NCBI GenBank assembly: GCA_032718475.1
Contig: JAUCBJ010001864.1
Span: 62,001-126,000 of the forward strand
Reading direction: 5' to 3'
DNA: 64,000 nt
Origin: Nemertoderma westbladi
Lineage: Eukaryota > Animalia > Xenacoelomorpha
Part shown: one piece after another, positions 25,716 to 38,217 of the stretch
How positions within the stretch are numbered: the first letter of the stretch is position 1
Layout of the letters: every line of letters begins with the position of its first letter
Notes under the pieces: model-generated
What the model was told of the DNA's origin: nothing
Database searches by the model: none
What the model saw: only the letters and a program-made list of their open reading frames with translations
Translations under genes and position numbers: made by a program

Positions 25716-26674
25716 ATTTGGATTTATTGTTTGTAATACGTTATAGTGATTATTATTCCTTACCTGTTATATAGAGCGTAAAGGACAGGTTAAAATGCCG
25801 TTTTGGCTTTTCTCCCGTACCCATGTGCTAAGACTGTACACAGTGTTATACTTACCCCACCCACATTCACACAAATATTAGTCAACTTTAAAAATGTAAG
25901 ACTTATTTTTTCAGCCCCCCCACCCCAAATTTCTACCAAGCTGTCAATTAATATTGATAAATGAGGAAAATAAATAGAGATATTGATAAGTCATGTAGAC
26001 ATATAATATAGACAGTCTGTTGCCACTCAATATTAGTTGATCATCTTCATGACTTAATTGTGAGTGGCCTATATAATATTATTTGCCAAATTTTGCGTGA
26101 TTCTTTGCGTTTACTGGTTATTTCCTACAATATTTCAGGGAAATATGACACTTCCACCACCGGATATTGGTTTGGAAAGCTGTTCAAACAATCTGTAAAC
26201 CCCTGTGATCACACATCGGAAGATGCTGACGTCATCATAATGATCATGTAATAAAACCCCAGACCGAAGATCGAACGAAAGGAGACGTTCATATTAAAAA
26301 AACTAAACTTATGCGGACAATTATATTCGTGGAATCTTTAATAATGTTATAATTAATTTGTAATAGTATTAAATACTTTATTTTCTTTATTTTTTTAATG
26401 TATACTATTACTATTAATTATTTAATAATATGAATTATAAATTATTTATTGCGTGTTAAATAATATAGAACATTATTTTCACGGTACTCGTGACATTTTA
26501 TTTACCGAGCGAAATGGAATAGTTGGGAAGTTGTGACTTCTAATTTATAAGGGGGGAAAGATGCAAGAGAAGATGAGATAGGCAAAGCCACAGTTTAATT
26601 TTCTCCCTCGAAACATCGCGCGCATTATCAATAATACCCATTATTTTATTAAGTAATTAAACAGGACTAAGGAA

Positions 26675-26939
26675 TAAGGATGATCCAACTCTATAGCAAA
26701 TGGAGCGGAAAAAATTAATTCGCCACCAGCGGCGAATAATCCATCCGTAAGGGGGACTGTATTCAATAGCAACCGTAAGGTAGCTTACCACCTATAGCAA
26801 ATCAATCGGAAAGGTGCAGGAGCCTCCGTGGTGTAGTGGTTGGCATACCTCAACGTTTATCGGGAGACGCGGGTTCGATCCGAGCTGGTGGTGAATTCAT
26901 TTTTTCCGCTCCATTTGCTATAGAGTTGGATCATCCTTA
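26675..26939. mobile_element. MITE with 40-bp perfect inverted termini (TA at both ends) enclosing a tRNA-derived segment
   Basis: TAAGGATGATCCAACTCTATAGCAAATGGAGCGGAAAAAA (26675-714) and its exact reverse complement (26900-939); internal A box TGGTGTAGTGG and B box GGTTCGATCC. Confidence 0.8.
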
Positions 26940-29900
26940 GGGTCAGAGTAAAACGCGGATCCGGATCAGGATCCGGATTCTATCATTTAACATTGTATCT
27001 GTGGAAGTCGACTGAATTTACATTTTTAGGGTGTAATATGCGGATCCGTGCACTGTTAACTTTACCGAATCCGTAACCGAGTATAAAACGCGGATTGGCC
27101 TTTTTTTCAGATCCGGAACGGAGTGTAAAGCGCGGTTCATATTTCTACTCAATCCGGGATTGGGTGTAAAATACGGATTCAGGTTTATTACAAAGTGTTA
27201 TTTTATCCGGGAAGGAGTGTAAAACGCGGATTCAAGTTAATTACCCAGTTTTATTGGATCCGGGAAGGGGTGTAAAACGCGGATTCTAGTTAATTAAAAA
27301 GTTTTAGTGGATCCGGGAAGGGGTGTAAAACGTGGATTCTAGTTAATTACAAAGTTTTAGTGGATCCGGGAAGGGGTGTGAAACGCGGATTCATGTTAAT
27401 TTACCAAGTTTTATAGGATCCGGGAAGGGATGTAAAACGCGGATTCATGTTAATTACCAAGTTTCATTGGATCCGGGAAGGGGTGTAAAACGCGGATTCT
27501 AGTTAATTACAAAGTTTTAGTGGATCCGGGAAGGGGTGTGAAACGCGGATTCATGTTAATTTACCAAGTTTTATTGGATCCGGGAAGGGGTGTAAAACGC
27601 GGATTCATGTTAATTACCAAGTTTCATTGGCTCCGGGAAGGGGTGTAAAACGCGGATTCTAGTTAATTACAAAGTTTTAGTGGATCCGGGAAGGGGTGTG
27701 AAACGCGGATTCATGTTAATTTACCAAGTTTTATAGGATCCGGGAAGGGGTGTAAAACGCGGATTCATGTTAATTACCAAGTTTCATTGGATCCGGGAAG
27801 GGGTGTAAAACGCGGATTCTAGTTAATTAAAAAGTTTTAGTGGATCCGGGAAGGGGTGTAAAACGCGGATTCCAAGTTAATTACCATGTTTTATTGTATC
27901 CGGGAAGGGGTGTAAAACGCGGATTCTTGTTAATTACTAAGTTTTACTGGATCCGGGAAGGGGTGTAAAACGCGGATTCAAGTTAATTACCAAGTTTTAT
28001 TGGATCCGGGAAGGGGTGTAAAACGCGGATTCATGTTAATTTACCAAGTTTTATAGGATCCGGGAAGGGGTGTGAAACGCGGATTTTAGTTAATTACCAA
28101 GTTTTATTGGATCCGGGAAGGGGTGTAAAACGCGGATTCAAGTTAATTACCAAGTTTTACTGGATCCGGGAAGGGGTGTAAAACGCGGATTCAAGTTAAT
28201 TACCAAGTTTTACTGGATCCGGGAAGGGGTGTAAAACGCGAATTCAAGTTAATTACCAAGTTTTATTGGATCCGGGAAGGGGTGTAAAACCCGGATTCAT
28301 GTTAATTACCAAGTTTTACTGGATCCGGGAAGGGGTGTAAAACGCGAATTCAAGTTAATTACCAAGTTTTATTGGATCCGGGAAGGGGTGTAAAACCCGG
28401 ATTCATGTTAATTACCAAGTTTTACTGGATCCGGGAAGGGGTGTAAAACGCGGATTCAAGTTAAATTCCAAGTTTTATTGGATCCGGGAAGGGGTGTAAA
28501 ACGCGGATTCAAGTTAATTAGCAAGTTTTATTGGCTCCGGGAATGGGTGTAAAACGCGGATTCTTGTTAATTACCAAGTTTTACTGGATCCGGGAAGGGG
28601 TGTAAAACGCGGATTCAAGTTAATTACCAAGTTTTATTGGATCCGGGAAGGGGTGTAAAACGCGGATTCATGTTAATTTACCAAGTTTTATAGGATCCGG
28701 GAAGGGGTGTGAAACGCGGATTTTAGTTAATTACCAAGTTTTACTGGATCCGGGAAGGGGTGTAAAACGCGGATTCAAGTTAATTACCAAGTTTTACTGG
28801 ATCCGGGAAGGGGTGTAAAACTCGGATTCAAGTTAATTACCAAGTTTTATAGGATCCGGGAAGGGTTGTGAAACGCGGATTTTAGTTAATTACCAAGTTT
28901 TATTGGATCCGGGAAGGGGTGTAAAACGCGGATTCAAGTTAATTACCAAGTTTTACTGGATCCGGGAAGGGGTGTAAAACGCGGATTCAAGTTAATTACC
29001 AAGTTTTACTGGATCCGGGAAGGGGTGTAAAACCCGGATTCATGTTAATTACCAAGTTTTACTGGATCCGGGAAGGGGTGTAAAACGCGGATTCAAGTTA
29101 AATTCCAAGTTTTATTGGATCCGGGAAGGAGTGTAAAACGCGGATTCAAGTTAATTACCATTTTTTAATGGATCCGGGAATGGGTGTAAAACGCGGATTC
29201 AAGTTAATTAACAAGTTTTATTGGATCCGGGAAGGGGTGTAAAACGCGGATTCTAGTTAATTACAAAGTTTTAGTGGATCCGGGAAGGGGTGTAAAACGC
29301 GGATTCAAGTTAATTACCATTTTTTAATGGATCCGGGAATGGGTGTAAAACGCGGATTCAAGTTAATTAACAAGTTTTATTAGATCCGGGAAGGGGTGTA
29401 AAACGCGGATTCTAGTTAATTACAAAGTTTTAGTGGATCCGGGAAGGGGTGTAAAACGCGGATTCAAGTTAATTACAGTACCATTTTTTAATGGATCCGG
29501 GAATGGGTGTAAAACGCGGATTCAAGTTAATTAACAAGTTTTATTGGGTCCGGGAAGGGGTGTAAAACGCGGATTCCAGTTAATTACAAAGTTTTATAGG
29601 ATCCCGGAAGGGGTGTAAAACGCGGATTCAAGTTAAATTCCAAGTTTTATTGGATCCGGGAAGGGGTGTAAAACGCGGATTCAAGTTAATTACCATTTTT
29701 TAATGGATCCGGGACGGGGTGTAAAACGCGGATTCAAGTTAATTACAAAGTTTTATTGGATCCGGGAAGGGGTGTAAAACGCGGATTCTAGTTAATTAGC
29801 AAGTTTTATTGGCTCCGGGAATGGGTGTAAAATGCGGATTCATGTTAATTACCAAGTTTTACTGGATCCGGGAAGGGGTGTAAAACGCGGATTCTAGTTA

Positions 29901-30640
29901 ATTAGCAAGTTTTATTGGCTCCGGGAATGGGTGTAAAATGCGGATTCAAGTTAATTACCATTTTTTAATGGATCCGGGACGGGGTGTAAAACGCGGATTC
30001 AAGTTATAATTACCAAGTTTTATTGGATCCGGGAAGGGGTGTAAAACGCGGATTCTAGTTAATTAGCAAGTTTTATTGGCTCCGGGAATGGGTGTAAAAT
30101 GCGGATTCATGTTAATTACCAAGTTTTATAGGATCCGGGAAGGGGTGTGAAACGCGGATTTTAGTTAATTACAAAGTTTTATTGGATCCGGGAAGGGGTG
30201 TGAAACGCGGATTCATGTTAATTACCAAGTTTTATAGGATCCGGGAATGGGTGTGAAACGCGGATTTTAGTTAATTACAAAGTTTTATTGGATCCGGGAA
30301 GGGGTGTGAAACGCGGATTCATGTTAATTACCAAGTTTTATTGGCTCCGGGAATGGGTGTGAAACGCGGATTCATGTTAATTTACCAAGTTTTATTGGAT
30401 CCGGGAAGGGGTGTGAAACGCGGATTTTAGTTAATTACAAAGTTTTATTGGATCCGGGAAGGGGTGTGAAATGCGGATTCATGTTAATTACCAAGTTTTA
30501 TAGGATCCGGGAAGGGGTGTGAAACGCGGATTTTAGTTAATTACAAGGTTTTATTGGATCCGGGAAGGGGTGTAAAACGCGGATTCAAGTTAATTTACCA
30601 AGTTTTATAGGATCCGGGAAGGGGTGTAAAACGCGGATTC

Positions 30641-32230
30641 ATGTTAATTACCAAGTTTTTACTATCAACTGAAAATAATCCACAACTACCAACCATCCCC
30701 GAACAGCCAGATAACGACTTAGACAAACCAATTGATCCCGCTGAAATCACGGAAGCGGTTTACAGTCAAAAGCCAAATAAAGCAGCTGGTCCGGACGGTA
30801 TCACCGGTGAAGCCTTGAAGTATGGTTTTGGTCACCTGCTTCCGTTTTTACTGACATTGTTTAGTGTTTGTTTCGCAACTGCTGCTTGCCCTGCAACCTG
30901 GCTAAAATCATACCTAATTATGCTCTATAAGGGTAAGGGAAGTAAATTATCCCCGGACTGTTACCGTGGAATAGCGCTACTATCATGTTTGTTTAAAGTA
31001 TATACTTCGATATTATTTACACGCTTATATGAATTTGCAGAACGCCGAGGTCTACTACCAGATGCGCAACACGGTTACAGAAAATCACGTTCGACGATCG
31101 ACGCTGTTAAAAGTCTATATACCCGCATCAATTTTGCCCTTGAACCTAAGGGTGGCCATTTATACTGCGTATTTGTTGATTTTCGAAAATGTTTCGACTC
31201 GATAAACCGAGAGATTCTCTGCAGGAAATTATCGAAACTCGGAGTAAGTCGAAAGTTTATTATCGCTATCTGGTCTATGATCGCTATCAACTACATATAT
31301 ATCTGTGTTGGAGTTCACATTCTGGAGCCTATTACTCAAACAATTGGAGTTGTACAAGGCGATAAACTGTCTCCTTTACTTTTTAGTCTTTTTGTATCAG
31401 ACCTACCAGCCTATCTCATATTCGCATCAATTTGGATCATAATGTATGCTGATGATCTAGTCATATCAGGTGACTCTATCGCGGAGGTTCAAGCTAGTCT
31501 AGACAAACTCTCAGAATATTGTGAAGTAAATGGAATCCAGGTCAATATTGCGAAGACAAAGGTGGTTAAGTTCCGGAAGGGGGGGAGATTATCGAGGACT
31601 GACATTCTAGAATATAACGGGCAGAAATTGGAATTTCAAAGCTCCTTTCAATATTTAGGAGTTACTCTCTCAACGAAAAATGGATCCAGAGGACACTACG
31701 ATCATCTATACTCGAAAGGACTCTCCAGTTGTGTTGTAATTGCAACAAAGGTAAACCTACACATCGTTTCGCTAGAATCCGCCCAACGTTTATGGCAGTC
31801 TATTGTCCTTCCATCGACCACTTATGGCTGCAACGTCTTCACTGCAAATGGTGACCTAACGCAACTGGATCATGTTAAACGTGTCCGCGGTTTTTACTGG
31901 AAACTCTGGTGTGGAATAAGCAAGTTTGCCTCCACCACAGCCATCCTAAGTGCCATAGACAACCCGGCTAACTCAGATCCAAACATGACAGGTCTCACAG
32001 GTTTCCGACGCCGCGTGGCAGCGCAGCTATTATCAAACGGTTGCCACCACCGCCTATGTACGAAACTCAATTGCTGGAGACCCACGGAAGACTGCACCTG
32101 TTGGGTGTGTGGCTCCCTGGCGGCAAACACAGACCACTACAAACTATGTACGCGCATACCTCAGTGCAGTTCACACCTAAAGACAGCAATTTGGCTGATG
32201 ACGACAGATGCTGCAACACTAACTATTTAA
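30641..32230 (+). CDS. Non-LTR reverse transcriptase with C-terminal Cys/His cluster (first 6 codons are satellite-derived)
   Basis: KAAGPDGI, YRGIALL, QHGYR, FVDFRKCFDSI, GVVQGDKLSPLLF, MYADD, FQYLG; C-terminal CHHRLC..C..CTCWVC..H..C. Confidence 0.88.
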   Translation: MLITKFLLSTENNPQLPTIPEQPDNDLDKPIDPAEITEAVYSQKPNKAAGPDGITGEALKYGFGHLLPFLLTLFSVCFATAACPATWLKSYLIMLYKGKGSKLSPDCYRGIALLSCLFKVYTSILFTRLYEFAERRGLLPDAQHGYRKSRSTIDAVKSLYTRINFALEPKGGHLYCVFVDFRKCFDSINREILCRKLSKLGVSRKFIIAIWSMIAINYIYICVGVHILEPITQTIGVVQGDKLSPLLFSLFVSDLPAYLIFASIWIIMYADDLVISGDSIAEVQASLDKLSEYCEVNGIQVNIAKTKVVKFRKGGRLSRTDILEYNGQKLEFQSSFQYLGVTLSTKNGSRGHYDHLYSKGLSSCVVIATKVNLHIVSLESAQRLWQSIVLPSTTYGCNVFTANGDLTQLDHVKRVRGFYWKLWCGISKFASTTAILSAIDNPANSDPNMTGLTGFRRRVAAQLLSNGCHHRLCTKLNCWRPTEDCTCWVCGSLAANTDHYKLCTRIPQCSSHLKTAIWLMTTDAATLTI

Positions 32231-32486
32231 ATCAATAGAAAGTTCAAGGCCCGATATACTGTTTATTTATTTTATCTTATTTAATGTGCCTTATATTATG
32301 CCAATCACCCTCTTCCCATCTTTTTATTTAAAATATACTTTTATTTTATTTAAGTTTATTTTATAAATTTTATGTGCTCTATCCAATTACAACTTATCGT
32401 TTTAATTATGTTAAATCAAGTGTCATTACAATAGGCATACTTATAACCATTTACTCATTGAGTAATTAAACGTCATATTGAATCTC
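30660..32486 (+). mobile_element. 5'-truncated non-LTR retrotransposon (clade uncertain) inserted in the 53-bp satellite
   Basis: Satellite unit split at CCAAGTTTT|ATAGGATCC; RT ORF plus about 255-nt AT-rich 3' UTR; no poly(A) and no clear TSD. Confidence 0.85.
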
Positions 32487-33589
32487 ATAGGATCCGGGAA
32501 GGGGTGTGAAACGCGGATTTTAGTTAATTACCAAGTTTTATTGGATCCGGGAAGGGGTGTGAAACGCGGATTTTAGTTAATTACCAAGTTTTATTGGATC
32601 CGGGAAGGGGTGTAAAACGCGGATTCATGTTAATTTACCAAGTTTTATAGGATCCGGGAAGGGGTGTGAAACGCGGATTTTAGTTAATTACAAAGTTTTA
32701 TTGGATCCGGGAAGGGGTGTGAAACGCGGATTCATGTTAATTACCAAGTTTTATAGGATCCGGGAAGGGGTGTGAAACGCGGATTTTAGTTAATTACAAA
32801 GTTTTATTGGATCCGGGAAAGGGTGTGAAACGCGGATTTTTGTTAATTACCAAGTTTTATTGGATCCGGGAAGGGGTGTAAAACGCGGATTCATGTTAAT
32901 TTACCAAGTTTTATAGGATCCGGGAAGGGGTGTAAAACGCGGATTCATGTTAATTACCAAGTTTTATAGGATCCGGGAAGGGGTGTGAAACGCGGATTTT
33001 AGTTAATTACAAAGTTTTATTGGATCCGGGAAGGGGTGTGAAACGCGGATTTTAGTTAATTACCAAGTTTTATTGGATCCGGGAAGGGGTGTAAAACGCG
33101 GATTCATGTTAATTTACCAAGTTTTATAGGATCCGGGAAGGGGTGTGAAACGCGGATTTTAGTTAATTACCAAGTTTTATTGGATCCGGGAAGGGGTGTA
33201 AAACGCGGATTCATGTTAATTTACCAAGTTTTATAGGATCCGGGAAAAAGGGGTGTGAAACGCGGATTTTAGTTAATTACCAAGTTTTATTGGATCCGGG
33301 AAGGGGTGTAAAACGCGGATTCAAGTTACGCGGATTCAAGTTAATTACCAAGTTTTATTGGATCCGGGAATGGGTGTAAAACGCGGATTCATGTTAATTA
33401 CCAAGTTTCATTGGATCCGGGAATGGGTGTAAAACGCGGATTCAAGTTAATTACAAAGTGCGGTATCCGTCGTTATTATTACACGTATATATATTTACTA
33501 CAATCTCCATCCTATAAATTATGTCTTTAAATTAAGTCCTCATGAGGTGCTATGGCTGCAGGTCAGTATTAATCGCCAGGTCATATTAT

Positions 33590-34185
33590 TCCCGGATCCA
33601 GTAACACTTGGTAATTAACTTAAATCCGCGTTTTACACCCCTTCCCGGATCCAACACTTGTTAATTAACTTGAATCCGTGTTTTACACCCCTTCCCGGAT
33701 CCAGAAACACTTAACTTGAATCCGCATTTTACACCCCTTCCCGCATCCAGAAACACTTTTCAATTAACTTGAATCCGCGATTTACATACACCCCTTCCCG
33801 GATCCAATTAAACTTGGTAAATTACTGTAACTTGAATCCGCGTTTTACACCCCTTCCCGGATCCAGAAACACTTTGCAATTAACTTGAATCCGCTATTTA
33901 CACCCCTTCCCGGATCCAATTAAACTTGGTAAATTAACATGAATCCGCATTTTACACCCATTCCCGGATCCAATAAAACTTGGTAATTAACATGAATCCG
34001 CGTTTTACACCCCTTCCCGGATCCATTAAAACTTTGTAATTAACTAGAATCCGCGTTTTACACCCCTTCCCGGATCCAATAAAACTTGGTAATTAACTTG
34101 AATCCGCGTATTACACCCCTTCCCGGATCCAATAAAACTTGGTAATTAACTTGAATCCGCGTGTTTTACACCCCTTCCCGGATCC
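33590..34185 (-). repeat. 53-bp satellite, inverted arm (about 11 units)
   Basis: AATCCGCGTTTTACACCCCTTCCCGGATCC units are the reverse complement of the forward arm. Confidence 0.93.
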
Positions 34186-34321
34186 CATCCCTTCCTATAA
34201 TAAATGTATAATAACAAATACCTCGAAAAATACAGCTTGCCAACACATTGTTACTATCAATAATACAAATCAGGGGCTAATAAAACGGCAGCTGGCTTTG
34301 AAATTAATACTCCATATCTCA

Positions 34322-34385
34322 AGAACCTGTGGCCTAGTGGTTGTAGTCTCGGCTTCCACCTCGAGGTCCCAGGTTCGAATCCGAC
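34322..34385 (+). promoter_or_regulatory. tRNA-derived Pol III internal promoter (SINE head)
   Basis: A box TGGCCTAGTGG (34330-40) and B box GGTTCGAATCC (34372-82) at tRNA spacing; no complete cloverleaf. Confidence 0.75.
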
Positions 34386-34428
34386 ACCACGCTGATGAGA
34401 CCCAGTAAGGTCGAAACGCGTACGTGGT
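34386..34428 (+). ncRNA. Minimal type I hammerhead ribozyme
   Basis: Stem I ACCACG/CGTGGT, core CTGATGA, stem II GACC/GGTC with CAGTAA loop, GAAA, palindromic stem III ACGCGT, GUA cleavage triplet (cut after 34422). Confidence 0.88.
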
Positions 34429-35127
34429 TTGGAGAGGTATTAATTTCAAGAAAAATTACGCGATTCCTAAATTTGTACAATACCCGGTTAAAAAGTACGC
34501 AGGTGATGGGATTAGTCCTACAATTGCGCCAATAAAAGATAAGTTATTTTCGGTAAAATAAACTTATCATTCGAGGTTAAGGACACACAGACTGACAAAC
34601 AGACACAGACAGCCTGGAAATGGTCAGTCGTAAAAACTGACATCAGAAATGAAATCAGAGACCTGGAAAACCACCATGGCGAATATTTTATTACATAATA
34701 TGCTTCCTTATTTTTTGACAGACAGACATACATACAGACACAGAAATCCCTGAGTTGGTCAGTCGTTAAAACTGCCATCAGAAATGAAATTACCAACCCT
34801 TAAAACCTCCATAGCGAGAATGTTAGTAGATTTTATTCTTTCTTAAGTCTTGGCAGACAAACTGACAGAAAGACCGACAGACTTCAGACTTCAGATTTGT
34901 GATTTTACTTTAGGTTTTGGGGGACACATTAAATCGAGAATCAGAAGCGAAAGGGCTAGGGATGCAACAGAGCTGATATTTCATCCGGTGTCGGAGCTCG
35001 GAGGTTTCTCCGGGTTACAATGTGAGCTCCGGCTGGAGATGGAGCCGGTGCCGGAGATTTGGGGATTGATAATTCCAATTTATTATTGTTATACAGTAGT
35101 AGACAGATATGTGTTCATAAGAGGGGT

Positions 35128-35171
<44 letters not shown>

Positions 35172-36946
35172 TTTGGCCAAAGCAAATTCTTTCTCGAAGA
35201 ATTAATGTCATCATAAATTTTAGTTAAATTATCAACTTTTGAAAAATTGAGCAGTTTACAGTGGCATGTTATTTTGCTGCCGATTTTTGGCTTTTGGCGA
35301 TTTGAGCGAAAAGGTAACAATTTAAGAACCAAATATATTTGATTAATATTATAACAAATATTCATTTTAAAAATATCGATAATCCCACAAACCACCCACC
35401 AGTTCCTCTCATCACTTTTTCCGTATGGTACCTCTACAACTGTCAGACTGTCATACTTTAAATAAAGTCATGCGGCGCTGCAGCAGTACAGCACTGCGGC
35501 AGACGTGTGTCTAGCTGCCTCAGAAAAATTTGGCAACAAATTTCACTTTGGCCGTTTGTTTTGGTTCTAAAATTCTGTTTTAGGGTGTTAAGCCTGTTCT
35601 CATTAGCCAATCGGGCGAGTATTTTGTCGTTCCAGATACAACAACTACCGAGTATTTTCTCCTTCCAGCTACAACAACTACAAAGCCTTACTCCGCCAGT
35701 AGAATAAGCTGAATTGTACTGCTCTTTTGTAGTTTGAATCCTATTTGGTCCTGACGATACCCCAACGGGGAGAAATATATTGACCGTTAATTTATAACAA
35801 CATTTTAAACTGGGCGATAAACCTCCTGCACCACCCCCCAACAAGTAGAATAAGCCACATACATCCTTAGCCTGACAGTGGGTTTGAATGCCTGGATATT
35901 ATAAATTGTGGGCGAGCCACGAAAGTAAGCGAACTTAGCATACGGGTACCATTAACTCAATCGGTGTGTCTGTCGTTCTGTTATTCTGTCGTGTCCAATT
36001 TTAAACGTTAACTCGGCTCGGGGGAGAAACAAATGTTAGAATATAAAAACTTATTTAGTTTGAGAAAATTGGGAATATTGCTTTTGCTTTTGCTTTTGCT
36101 TCTGTTTTTATAATTTCATTTTTTCATTTCAATTGTAAAATATTCATTAGTTGGCCTATAGCTTTAATAAATTTATGAAGGCATTCCTGGTTTGACTGGG
36201 CGTGGGGCGGCATATTAATTTCAATAGGCGGCAATGTTAAACGAGGCTATGGGTAATCTAAATAAAATATATTGAATACAAATCGATCTTCATATTATTG
36301 ACATAGACAAGCTTAATATAATATATCATAAACTTGTGTAATACATTTACATCAATTACTTAATACTTTCCCTAGCCCTCACTATTAATTCTACACTAAT
36401 GCCATCTGAGACAAACATTAGGAGAGCCAGTTATTAATTATTGATTTGGATTTCGGGAACCGTTAATAAATAATGGCAATGAAAACCAGCGATAAACATA
36501 ACGATTTCATATTAATCTTGCAGTTGTTATTGCATAACACATCAAAATTGTGAAGGTTTATTATATTTGATGTGTTCTGCAATAACAACTTCAATATTAA
36601 TTATGAAATCCTTATGTTTTATCGCTGCTTTTCATTGCAGTTATTTTTTATATATATACAACAAGCCCCCTGTTAGTCAGTATGTCGTTGCGACCTTTAA
36701 TTTATTAATTATAGTGGCAGGGAATGGACAGTGCAGATACCTAAAATACTCGCCTATTATTGGCTAACAGTTTTTCAGCATAATCTTCTATAGCACAAGG
36801 GCCAAAATTAAATATTATGTTGTATATACAGTATTTTCTGAGTCATCTAGAAACACGTCTGCGGCAGTCGCCTCCCTGACGCCTGTATGTAAGTCTAAGT
36901 ACAGTACATGGCCTACTACTATATATGCTAATATACTACTATCATA

Positions 36947-37506
36947 CAGAGGCGCCCAGGGGAATGGAGCTGAGATGCCACCCCCCCCCCCCCCCCTTCA
37001 TTAAGTTTAACTTTTCTTTTATGACGTTGTTATCTTAAATATATTATATATCTAACAGTATACTGTAAAACCATATCAAATCTATTTTACACAAGTTTGA
37101 TATAGTGGACTTATAATATATAGAGTGGCGAGCGTAGCCAGCAGATAACATTTTTCCCCATTTTCGCTTATGACACATGTCCTGTAAATACTGTATCACA
37201 ATCCCTGAATTTTCACTGATTTGTCCTATTTTTACAATAATTTCCACATTTTCGCTTATGACACATGTCCTGTAAATACTGTATCACAATACCTGAATTT
37301 TCACTGATTTGTCCTATTTTTACAATAATTTCCACATTTTCGCTTATGACACATGTCCTGTAAATACTGTATCACAATACCTGAATTTTCACTGATTTGT
37401 CCTATTTTTACAAGAATTCCCTGACATTTCAGCGCCACTGGGTGAGTGCGCCCGGGGGAACGCACCCCCCCCCCCCCCCCCTCCCCGTTGCTACTGTACG
37501 CCTCTG
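36947..37506. mobile_element. Non-autonomous TIR element with 6-bp TSD, containing three 88-bp tandem units
   Basis: CAGAGGCG ... CGCCTCTG termini; ATCATA on both flanks (36941-46, 37507-12); 88-bp units start at 37159, 37247 and 37335. Confidence 0.7.
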
Positions 37507-37857
37507 ATCATATACTGTATAATATACATATACAGTGTATATGGTATGTCTCATATCTGTATGTACTGGACACGGTAAAGGCTGAAAGAAAGGCTGTCTA
37601 CTGATGTACAGTACTGCCTCCTGAGTCCTGGACAGTGGTACCGGTACAGCGGTAGGCGTACGGCCAATACAGGTATACCATATACCGGTACGTACTGTAT
37701 ATGGCTGCAGGCCTTGGCTGTAGTGGCAGACCGTAATTTTGTATATTATTCTTTGTAGGCCTATGTCGTAAAGTACAGTTAAGTACGATAATACTGTAAT
37801 AGGGCAGGGCCTACCGCGACCGCCTACTGCTGTACTGTATGAATTGAACATTAAAAG

Positions 37858-38217
37858 ATGACTTTTGATTTGGATAAGTGTGTGGAAATTACGCGACAAT
37901 GCAAGTATCTCCCGGAATACGACTTAAAGCGTCTCTGTGACATTATATGTAACCAGTTATTGGAGGAATCCAACGTGCAACCGGTGCGAACCCCCGTCAC
38001 TATATGCGGCGATATCCACGGCCAATTCTACGACCTTCTCGAATTGTTTCGCACCGGCGGACAACTGCCGGACACTAATTACATCTTTCTTGGGGATTTT
38101 GTGGACAGGGGCTACTACAGTCTCGAGTCGTTGTCCTATCTGATCGCGTTGAAAGCCAAATACCCGGATAAGATAACGCTGTTGCGGGGCAACCATGAGA
38201 GTCGACAGATCACTCAG
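37858..38217 (+). CDS. PPP6C: Serine/threonine protein phosphatase 6 catalytic subunit, exon 1
   Basis: [24 protein letters not shown] (PP6-type N-terminus), [23 protein letters not shown]; donor CAG|GTAGAA. Confidence 0.95.

Larger units (their letters stand above)
26941..33460 (+). repeat. 53-bp BamHI-site satellite, forward arm (interrupted by a LINE at 30660-32486)
   Basis: Unit GGATCCGGGAAGGGGTGTAAAACGCGGATTCAAGTTAATTACCAAGTTTTATT; degenerate units at 26941-27200. Confidence 0.96.

Noticed and set aside
6271-33460. Tandem arrays as possible CRISPR arrays
   Set aside because: No unique spacers, units are contiguous, no cas genes, and the context is eukaryotic with spliceosomal introns.
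34850-35395. Poly-Gly / poly-Pro ORFs
   Set aside because: Produced by a G homopolymer of about 40 nt; no other coding signal.
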